DNA from: Bacteroidales bacterium
GTDB lineage: Bacteria; Bacteroidota; Bacteroidia; Bacteroidales; UBA12077
DNA: 64,000 bases
Direction: 5' to 3'
Assembly (NCBI GenBank): GCA_021108325.1
Contig: JAIORB010000027.1
Span: forward strand, 20,469-84,468
Below, in pieces: positions 56,845 to 64,000 of the stretch (its first letter is position 1; every line of letters starts with the position of its first letter). Below the pieces are notes generated by a model that had not been told where the DNA came from, ran no database searches, and saw nothing but the letters and a program-made list of their open reading frames with translations. A program made the position numbers and the translations under genes.

Positions 56845-57513
56845 ATGCGAAAAGTTAGTCTAATATTTTTAATTAGTAGTTTATTATTCGGTTGTGTAAA
56901 TACAAAGCTTACCGTATCATGGACACAGGAAAACATACAAGCAAAAGAGTATAAAAATCTGGGCGTTAATGTTATGTTTCCTTCTGACCCTAACAGGTTA
57001 TTGGTAGAAGAATCTATCACATCTGAATTCAATAAATCGGGAGTAAATTCAACAATAACTTTTTATTCTTTCCCTTTGGCAGGGAAAAAAGATATTGTTA
57101 AAAATTTGAATTATGAACCGGGGGAGCTTAAAAAGCTAATAGTAGAAAAAATTAAAGCAAATAAAATAGATGCCTTGCTTATTGTTACTCTTCTTGATGC
57201 AAAGCAAGAAGAGCGTTATGTTAAAAAGGGGATTGCTTTTACTGCATACTATGACCCTACATATCCGGTTTATAATCAAACATATTACGATTATTATTCA
57301 TATGTTTATAATACAACCTATTCTACAGGGTACTATACTACAGAAACTACCTACTTTGTTGAAACAAATTTATATGATATTGAAACTGAGAAATTGCTCT
57401 GGACAGCACAAACTCAAACCGAAAATATGAGTTGCCTGGCAGAAGAAGCAAAACAGTTTGCAAAAATTATTGTTAAGGATATAATTGAAAAGGATGTTTT
57501 AATTGTCAAGTAA
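56845..57513 (+). CDS. lipoprotein with Tyr/Thr-rich central segment (DUF4136-like architecture)
   Basis: Lipobox SLLFGC. Central YYDPTYPVYNQTYYDYYSYVYNTTYSTGYYTTETTYF. Paralogous pattern to the 58905-59528 product. Confidence 0.5.
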   Translation: MRKVSLIFLISSLLFGCVNTKLTVSWTQENIQAKEYKNLGVNVMFPSDPNRLLVEESITSEFNKSGVNSTITFYSFPLAGKKDIVKNLNYEPGELKKLIVEKIKANKIDALLIVTLLDAKQEERYVKKGIAFTAYYDPTYPVYNQTYYDYYSYVYNTTYSTGYYTTETTYFVETNLYDIETEKLLWTAQTQTENMSCLAEEAKQFAKIIVKDIIEKDVLIVK

Positions 57514-57776
57514 TACCGATTGCATTTCAAAATGTCATACTTGTTCATCTATTCAGATTCCAAGTACTCCTTTGAAATTGCATTGGCATTAATAATTCTA
57601 ATTTTCAAAATACCATTATTTTATACGTCATTTTGAAAAAGGATTTGGTATAATTTGCATTTAGGTGTAGAAGTAAACAATAAATTAAAATAAAGACTAA
57701 TTAAACAATTTAATACTCGATATCTATTATTTTCGGATACAGGGAACAGTATAGTTAGAATATATCTTATATTTAA

Positions 57777-58427
57777 TTATGCTTTTTCATTTTTTTGAGA
57801 AATAAATTTCCCAACCAAAATAGCAATGATAATGGTTAAATATAGCTGTCCGACAACACCAAATGTGATAGAATGTAGCCTGGCTAAATCTGAAATCGGT
57901 GAAATATCTCCATAGCCAATTGTTGTTTGAGTAATAAAACCATAATATATAAAATCCGAGAAGCTTTCATTTACAGTATTTGAAAAAGAGTAAGCAGTTT
58001 CTGAGATTCTATTAATTAAAGCTGCCAATATGCTATTACTTAATCCTATTAGTAAGTAAGCATTAATTGATTCCAGAATTACAACACTGTTTACTACTTT
58101 GCTTTTAGCAACTTGAAAAATCAGTTTGTAAACTATCACTAAAAAGAAGATAAAAATAATAACAGTTGCAAATATGTATATGAGTGTATTGTCAGTTATG
58201 TGGTCTGATATTAATCGAATTACAATTATTCCCAAAGCAAAATATAACAAGCGATTATTTATTGTTTTTACAGAAAATGCTGCAACCAAAAAAACTATGC
58301 TAAAGAAAAAACTGTTAATAGCACTTATAATTATATCATCCTTGATTAAAAAGTTGAGAGATATCAAAAGTATAATGCATATTATGAGAATTTTATGATA
58401 ATATGAATCTAAAATTTTTTTAAGCAT
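57777..58427 (-). CDS. potassium channel family membrane protein
   Basis: Several TM helices followed by the pore-helix/selectivity filter TQTTIGYGD and a final TM helix. Confidence 0.7.
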   Translation of the reverse strand: MLKKILDSYYHKILIICIILLISLNFLIKDDIIISAINSFFFSIVFLVAAFSVKTINNRLLYFALGIIVIRLISDHITDNTLIYIFATVIIFIFFLVIVYKLIFQVAKSKVVNSVVILESINAYLLIGLSNSILAALINRISETAYSFSNTVNESFSDFIYYGFITQTTIGYGDISPISDLARLHSITFGVVGQLYLTIIIAILVGKFISQKNEKA

Positions 58428-58476
58428 AGAATAACTTATTATGATTATCAGATTGATTTCCTATAATTTAAAAGAA

Positions 58477-58575
58477 GGTGCTAAGCGGCTATGTCTTATA
58501 GACTTTTCAGCAATTTTTAAAAGGTATTTAATTTATAAATAAACCCTTGCCTGCGACAGGCAGGCGCTAAGCACC
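58477..58575. repeat. MITE/REP-like intergenic element, second copy
   Basis: ggtgctaagcgg (58477-58488) and gcgctaagcacc (58564-58575) as inverted termini, with internal hairpin tgcctg-cga-caggca (58548-58562). Homologous to 14607-14710. Confidence 0.6.
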
Positions 58576-58806
58576 TAATATTCAAGGATAATAACAAATT
58601 ATAAAATATGGATTAGGTATATAATCCGATAGTCATATAACTTATTATTAATCCATTAAAAATCTATATTTTCTTAAACAAATAAATTTAAGCAAAAATT
58701 TTTCTTAAACAAACACCTAACACGTATTTGAAATTAATGTATTGGATTTGCATTACTTAAAGCTATTTTAAACTAGAGCTTTTAAAAATTACAATTTGGG
58801 TCATGC

Positions 58807-58884
58807 AAGTAATATGAACTGCCGAAAGGCAGTGAACTCACCGTCACAGATAAAGTTGCTAAAATCTACAATTTTTTTTTCTTC
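58807..58884 (-). repeat. approx. 78-nt repeat, copy 2
   Basis: atgaactgccgaaaggcagtgaactcaccgtcaca (58814-58848) plus weaker flanking similarity. It starts about 20 nt after the stop of the minus-strand lipoprotein gene. Confidence 0.75.
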
Positions 58885-58904
58885 ATCTAATTCCTCTATT
58901 CATA

Positions 58905-59528
58905 TTATTTAATAATTTGAGATTCTAAAAGAGTTTTTACCAGTGTTTTTGCATACTGTTTAGATGCTGATTCGTATGAAGATGGATCTGTGATTGAAGA
59001 TTGACCAGACCACACGATAGCATCTTCTTTTGTAGAAGCAGAAGTGTCAAATAACCGGGTTTCCAGCACATAAGACTTTTGCGTGCGATAGTAATCCGGA
59101 GTGTAGGTATAAGAATAACCCGTATGAATATACCTTCTGGATCTATAAGTAACAGGATAATAGGTATTTGTTCCACTTTCATAAATCTCCTGTGTATTAA
59201 TATCGACCAGTGAGGAAACTAAAACTGCATCGTAATTACCGGATTTAATCCTTGATTCAATTTGCTCTTCAGTTAGTTCTGTCATATTTTTAATAGGAGG
59301 AAAGAGTATTAAACTATTGCTGGCAGTGATACCTTCTTCTTTTAGCATTTCGACAATCGTGTTTTCAAAAATGGAACGGGCTGCCAGGTTTTTAGAAATA
59401 CCAATGACCAGAATATTTTCAAAATGTTTTCCCTGATAGTTTTCTTTAACCCAGGTGTAATTCATTGTAGATGCGCATGACCATAAAAATAACATAGCGA
59501 TCATGATCAAAATAATTCTATTTTTCAT
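58905..59528 (-). CDS. lipoprotein with Tyr-rich segment (DUF4136-like architecture), paralog of 56845-57513
   Basis: MKNRIILIMIAMLFLWSC lipobox from ATG 59528; TNTYYPVTYRSRRYIHTGYSYTYTPDYYRTQKSYVLETRLFD. The track start 59627 is probably too long. Confidence 0.5.
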   Translation of the reverse strand: MKNRIILIMIAMLFLWSCASTMNYTWVKENYQGKHFENILVIGISKNLAARSIFENTIVEMLKEEGITASNSLILFPPIKNMTELTEEQIESRIKSGNYDAVLVSSLVDINTQEIYESGTNTYYPVTYRSRRYIHTGYSYTYTPDYYRTQKSYVLETRLFDTSASTKEDAIVWSGQSSITDPSSYESASKQYAKTLVKTLLESQIIK

Positions 59529-59641
59529 AATGTTAAGTTTTAGTAACACAATTAAATATTTATTTCTCGTTATAATCTGGTAATTCTTATTTGTAAATTT
59601 ATGAAAATTTACAAAACCTTTTTTCATAAATTTATTTAATT

Positions 59642-60130
59642 CTATTTTGAATTCTTGGTTTCCTTTTCTCCTTTTCTGATAAAAAAAATACTGAGTGAGA
59701 TGAGAAAAATAGAACCAGGAACCAATCCCATTTCCCAGTTGTAATGTCCTTTGCTTTTAAAGACTTGTTCCACAAACATTAATACCAGATATGTAAGCAT
59801 TGTTTCCCAAAGAATCAGTTTTAATTCTGTAAAGTTTTTTACATGTAACCAATTTGGAGTTATACTATCCAGTACAGTTGAAAGCTTAGATTCCGGAAGA
59901 AAAAGTTGGGAAAATCCCAATGAAAAGATAATAAAGAGAAAGCCAAAGAGAAACAAATCTAATGCGTGCAACAGTTTAAGACCCGGAGCAGACTCAGTAC
60001 CCATCTCACCTAAAGCTATACCCATTATCCCTGTGCAGGTATTATAAATTCCAATTCCTATAAAAATCAAAGCAATTAACTGGGAAAAAATAATAGGAAG
60101 TGCTACAACAATTTTATAATATAGTTTCAT
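59642..60130 (-). CDS. small 4-TM membrane protein, possibly YqhA/UPF0114-like
   Basis: 162 aa with four hydrophobic helices. The pattern LLHALDLFLFGFLFIIFSLGF loosely recalls UPF0114. Confidence 0.35.
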   Translation of the reverse strand: MKLYYKIVVALPIIFSQLIALIFIGIGIYNTCTGIMGIALGEMGTESAPGLKLLHALDLFLFGFLFIIFSLGFSQLFLPESKLSTVLDSITPNWLHVKNFTELKLILWETMLTYLVLMFVEQVFKSKGHYNWEMGLVPGSIFLISLSIFFIRKGEKETKNSK

Positions 60131-60174
60131 GATCGTTTGTTGTTAAAATGTTTTCGTAATACCAGATATTGAAT

Positions 60175-60762
60175 TTAATAAATAAAACCAATATTTATTC
60201 CCAATGATGAAAATTCAGGTACAGAAGAGGTTTTAAATGCATAATTATACTTTATGCTTAGCAAAATATCTGCATCTAAGGGACCTGGAATCGCAAATCC
60301 TATTTCGGGAGCAAATCCAAATTGCCAGCCATTATTAGTTTCTGTCCATATTGAGTAATCTTTCTTTGTTTCTACATAATATGGACCTATTCCGAAACCA
60401 GTATAAAAACTTAAGCCTTTTGATGAAAGAGTAAAGTATTTATAACCTGAGACTAATAATGGATAAGCATTAATATATCGGTACTGAGTTGTTGAAGTTG
60501 TTCTTGTTTCATTTACAAATGTACCTTTTTCAGATTCATAGAAAACAGTCCAGGCTCCACTTACTCCAACATAAATTTCATCAGCTACCTCCCATCGACC
60601 TTCCATGCTAAAACCCCGAAAACTGTATTTACTAATAAAGTCATTAGTTTCACCAAGTGCTATGGATGTATTATAATTTATCACAAAATCCCCTTGTGCA
60701 TAAGCATGAGAACCAATAGCAAATGCTATATATAATCCTAAAAATAAAATTAATTTTTTCAT
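60175..60762 (-). CDS. small outer-membrane beta-barrel protein
   Basis: Signal peptide ...SHAYAQ, alternating aromatic/small residues and C-terminal GINIGFIY. Its start is 1 nt from the upstream stop. Confidence 0.55.
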   Translation of the reverse strand: MKKLILFLGLYIAFAIGSHAYAQGDFVINYNTSIALGETNDFISKYSFRGFSMEGRWEVADEIYVGVSGAWTVFYESEKGTFVNETRTTSTTQYRYINAYPLLVSGYKYFTLSSKGLSFYTGFGIGPYYVETKKDYSIWTETNNGWQFGFAPEIGFAIPGPLDADILLSIKYNYAFKTSSVPEFSSLGINIGFIY

Positions 60763-60763
60763 A

Positions 60764-61420
60764 TTATTGGATGTTTAAATAAGGTGAATTATAGAATGCT
60801 TTATCAATTTGATCTGAAAGAACTTTTTCATTTGTTTTAGAGCTTTCACGTAGCAGTCCATCAATGCCGGCAACCCATACAACATCTAGATTCTTATTTA
60901 CGGTATCAATAGAGTGGTAATCAACCATTTCAAGAATTACCGTACCTACTGAGAAACTATAAGCAACGGGTATATATCCCCAATAATAATCGTACCAATA
61001 GCCTGACCAGTAAGGATAATATCCATCCCACCATGGATACCAGGGGTAATATCCTCCATATGTAACTTTTACAACTAATACTTGCGAAAATAAAACAAGA
61101 TCAGGTTGATTAAATTCGTCAATGGTATCCAAACGATTATAACCCAGAGTTGTCATGTTTTCTTCTACAAGTTCTAAGATAAGGTCACTATCATTTATGG
61201 AAATGGTGTCATTATTATCCGGATCGTCTCTGTCAATAATATATCCTAAGGAATCGGGCATAAAATAAGTCATCGGACTATTATTGTCCCAAAATTCAGG
61301 ACTATAATTTGTTGTTACAAGGTCGAGATCAGAATAATATTCAGGTCCGCCAGGGTAACAACCATATGCCAGGATAATTATTCCTGACAAAATAATAAAA
61401 TAGTTTATTTTTTTTTGCAT
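60764..61420 (-). CDS. DUF4136-like lipoprotein with extreme Tyr/Trp-rich segment
   Basis: Lipobox ILAYGC; YSDLDLVTTNY; YGGYYPWYPWWDGYYPYWSGYWYDYYWGYIPVAYSF; ILEMVD ... VVWVAGIDG. Confidence 0.55.
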   Translation of the reverse strand: MQKKINYFIILSGIIILAYGCYPGGPEYYSDLDLVTTNYSPEFWDNNSPMTYFMPDSLGYIIDRDDPDNNDTISINDSDLILELVEENMTTLGYNRLDTIDEFNQPDLVLFSQVLVVKVTYGGYYPWYPWWDGYYPYWSGYWYDYYWGYIPVAYSFSVGTVILEMVDYHSIDTVNKNLDVVWVAGIDGLLRESSKTNEKVLSDQIDKAFYNSPYLNIQ

Positions 61421-61470
61421 AATCGAAATTTTTTAAAATTTTACATTTTATGTTAGAATGAAGAAAGGAC

Positions 61471-62100
61471 TTACTCTGACTGTTTCCCAAGTCGGAATAC
61501 TAAACCTCCACCAACGTCTCCCTGAATGATCTCAGATCCTGCACTTACAGTGGTTCCTGAACCACCGGATCCGAAATAGAAACCGAAACCGCCCCATTGA
61601 ACAGGCATAAGCATTCGAGCATGTAAACGGATTCCTATTTTATCATTTATATAATATTTTAATCCAATTTGTCCGATTAAAGAAAATCTTACCTGATCAT
61701 CAACTTCGTTGGTTCTTGCATTAAAATGGACAACTCCTAAAGATATACCCCCAAATGGTACGAGATTTCCCTTCGGCAATTGTTTAAGAAATCCCAGTTG
61801 GTACCAATCCATGTTTACATCATAACGTTCGTACCAGTCTTCAAAAATGCCATATTCCCAAACATCTATTGTGGTTGGTTGCCTCATATATTCAAGTTGA
61901 ACGGCTGTGGCCCTTGGAGTATTTATATTCATGGCTATTCCATAATTGGCACTTTCGTGAAATTTCACCTGTCCATCGTGGAATAGAACTTTTCCACCCC
62001 ATTGAAAACTTGAATAAGGTATAATTTCTATGTTTTGTGTATATCCAAAATATACACTACATAAAGCAAAAAGTACGGTAAAAATAATTTTATGTTTCAT
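61471..62100 (-). CDS. small outer-membrane beta-barrel protein
   Basis: Signal peptide, beta-strand periodicity and Gly-rich loops (FYFGSGGSGTT); 209 aa. Confidence 0.5.
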   Translation of the reverse strand: MKHKIIFTVLFALCSVYFGYTQNIEIIPYSSFQWGGKVLFHDGQVKFHESANYGIAMNINTPRATAVQLEYMRQPTTIDVWEYGIFEDWYERYDVNMDWYQLGFLKQLPKGNLVPFGGISLGVVHFNARTNEVDDQVRFSLIGQIGLKYYINDKIGIRLHARMLMPVQWGGFGFYFGSGGSGTTVSAGSEIIQGDVGGGLVFRLGKQSE

Positions 62101-62193
62101 GCTTAGTTTAATTTATTAGTTTACACTTTATTCTTTGTTAAAGAAATAAAACAATATATTAACATAAAGTTAATGAAATTGTTTAGTAATATC

Positions 62194-62913
62194 CTAATTA
62201 GCATTAGCTTTTTTCTCTTCTTTTCCAACTCCAATAGGGATCCCTGCACAGATGTAAATAGACGAGTTTAGTTGTTTAGATTCTGAGTTGTCCTTAAGAA
62301 TGTCTACCATACCATAATAATAGCGGACTCCCAGATTAACACCATGCCCTTTGTACAGACGATATCCTAATCCCACTGTTATCCCGGCATCTATACGTTT
62401 GTATTGATCAGTAACATTGTTTTTAAACGCAACATCGCTTTTGTCAGTTATATCAACACTAAAATTATCGTAAGCCTTAGTTAATAATCCTAGTTGGGGT
62501 CCTGCTTCCACATAAAATTGGTCTAGAAAACGGTACTTAAGTAATATTGGAACATTGAAATACCGCAAGTCCCTGATTACTGTAGCAGTAGCCAGTACAG
62601 AATCAAGATGAGGGTCTCCAATTGTGTAAGATTCTAATCTTTTAGCACCCATTGGTGATTTTAAGATTAAACCGGTATGCAAAAAGAGGTTTTCCTTCAT
62701 TTTGATATCAAAATAAAAACCGAGATGGAGTCCCATATTTAAACCTGAATTTTCCAGATTGCTGATATTTGACCAATTAAAACCTCCATCCATACCATAT
62801 TCAATCTTATCAGAATTCAGTTTATCACCAAAAACAAGTGAAATAAGTATTTGGCTTTTTGAAATGGTAGAAACCATTAAAAATGCTATAAGTAATAATA
62901 AAGCTCTTTTCAT
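62194..62913 (-). CDS. porin-family / PorT-like outer-membrane beta-barrel protein
   Basis: Signal peptide ...STISKSQ, GMDGGFNWSN and LHLGFYFD strands, and the pattern of the Bacteroidota OMP_b-brl_2 type. Confidence 0.55.
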   Translation of the reverse strand: MKRALLLLIAFLMVSTISKSQILISLVFGDKLNSDKIEYGMDGGFNWSNISNLENSGLNMGLHLGFYFDIKMKENLFLHTGLILKSPMGAKRLESYTIGDPHLDSVLATATVIRDLRYFNVPILLKYRFLDQFYVEAGPQLGLLTKAYDNFSVDITDKSDVAFKNNVTDQYKRIDAGITVGLGYRLYKGHGVNLGVRYYYGMVDILKDNSESKQLNSSIYICAGIPIGVGKEEKKANAN

Positions 62914-62974
62914 TTTTGTAATTTTTATTTATATATTTTTTACTAAATCGATCAGTTCTTTCTTTTTTCGTATT

Positions 62975-63261
62975 TTAAAAATCATAATAAAACAAAGCCC
63001 ATAAACGGCTGGCATTGCCTCTTGAACCATCTATATTAAAACGTTCGCCATAAATATATTCTAAACCGATTCTTAATCCTTCCACTATTTTCCAGAAAGA
63101 ATTTCCGGAAATACTATAGCTAAAATCAAAGTCACTACCTGGCTGAAAGTTACGATTGGTAATAGATGCAATACCAACAGACTATACCCGAGAGTTGAAA
63201 TAAAGACAAGAATTAATAATGTGATAACTTTGCTATAAGTAATGGATTTCCTAAAGTCCAT
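62975..63261 (-). pseudogene. remnant of an outer-membrane porin gene (signal peptide plus last strands, in different frames)
   Basis: My translation from ATG 63261 gives MDFRKSITYSKVITLLILVFISTLGYS and then nonsense up to a stop. Frame +1 from 63181 reads SVGIASITNRNFQPGSDFDFSYSISGNSFWKIVEGLRIGLEYIYGERFNIDGSRGNASRLWALFYYDF-stop, a typical barrel C-terminus ending in F. Confidence 0.45.
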
Positions 63262-63480
63262 ATTTTTATTTTTTGCGTTATATCAAATTAAATAATTCCA
63301 ATTGGCGTCTAATAAAGACTAAGACAAATATAAGTCAAATATATTTTTCATATAATGAATTTTATCTGTATAAATGATTTATCCTATTTTTATATTCTGC
63401 AAGTTAATAAATTACTTGCAATACAGTATATTAACTTGATTTTCTTACACATGCAATTTTTTCATTATCGTTTATTTTAC

Positions 63481-64000
63481 TTATTTAAAAGGTATAATAT
63501 AAGGTTCGCCAACTTGAAGATTATCGAAAGTTTCGGGATCACTTGTTTTCGAAATAAACTTGAATTTTTCATCTCCTGTAGGATTATGGGGGAAATATAT
63601 AAAACTAAAATCTATTGTTTGTATAACAAAACTTTCGTTTCTGATTCGGACTCCAATCCCAATGCCTGTGTGTAATTCTCCTGTGTAAATAACAGGATCA
63701 TTATACCTGATTAATCCGAGATTAGCAACGGCGTATGGTGCGAATCTAAAACCATATAAATAAGCGTTAGAAAAATAAATAGCTTCAGTAGTTAAAGTTG
63801 TTTTTGATGTGCCTCGAGTGTTATAACTAGACAGCCCTTCAATTTCATCTTTTAAATTAATCCATTCATAATTATATCTATCAATTCCTTCATTATATTC
63901 AAGGCTAATAAAATAGCGCATTTTTGACCGATTTAAATTGATTAATGGAGAGTAATAAAGCATTTGACCAGTAAAAACCCCTTGCAAAGCATTTTTAAAA
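63481..64000 (-). CDS. C-terminal part of a larger beta-barrel (Omp85-like?) protein; gene continues beyond the right edge
   Basis: The reading frame stays open upstream of the track start (codons F K N A before TTG 63987). GIGIGVRIRNESFVIQTIDFSF resembles terminal strands of Omp85-type barrels. Confidence 0.35.
   Translation of the reverse strand, partial: FKNALQGVFTGQMLYYSPLINLNRSKMRYFISLEYNEGIDRYNYEWINLKDEIEGLSSYNTRGTSKTTLTTEAIYFSNAYLYGFRFAPYAVANLGLIRYNDPVIYTGELHTGIGIGVRIRNESFVIQTIDFSFIYFPHNPTGDEKFKFISKTSDPETFDNLQVGEPYIIPFK

Noticed and set aside
13813-58884. Dispersed palindromic repeats as a CRISPR array
   Set aside because: The copies are kilobases apart, belong to several unrelated families, are not regularly spaced and have no cas genes.
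56612-63300. Genomic island integrated at tRNA-Cys
   Set aside because: There is no integrase, recombinase or mobility gene. I could find no direct repeat of the tRNA 3' end downstream. The content is envelope proteins rather than typical island cargo.
63355-63675. 106-aa plus-strand ORF
   Set aside because: It overlaps the minus-strand beta-barrel gene fragment. Its translation is low-complexity (F/I/L/Y/N-rich) with no signal of function.

Overview
AT-rich chromosomal segment with a Bacteroidota gene set: gliding and type IX secretion genes (gldH, sprE/porW, porX), an S46 dipeptidyl-peptidase, TAnnTTTG -7 promoter boxes and almost no Shine-Dalgarno sequences. All calls come from reading the supplied translations and the DNA by eye; no database search was run. 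I count about 50 protein genes, mostly housekeeping. They include aminoacyl-tRNA ligases trpS, gltX and glnS; RNases HI and HII; rlmN, trmB, tsaE and tcdA; holB, nrdJ, tdh, sdaA, folB and waaA. There is also an Mrp/NifU pair, a small glycosyltransferase/FkbM/flippase group, one tRNA-Cys(GCA), several rho-independent terminators, and many short GC-rich palindromic intergenic repeats. Genes truncated by both window edges are missing from, or incomplete in, the ORF track. I saw no CRISPR array, transposase, integrase or recognisable defence genes. The most unusual locus is 18.2-23.5 kb on the minus strand: a single 794-aa ORF made of two complete, diverged phosphoglycerate kinase modules (397 + 397 aa). 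It is followed by a third, divergent PGK-family paralog with a perfect Shine-Dalgarno site, then a phosphohexomutase. Other points worth a second look: a frameshift-split ricT/PSP1 gene, a palindromic repeat embedded in frame at the 5' end of nrdJ, a TonB receptor / acidic repeat lipoprotein / NPP phosphodiesterase trio, and a cluster of aromatic-rich lipoproteins with small beta-barrel proteins next to tRNA-Cys.
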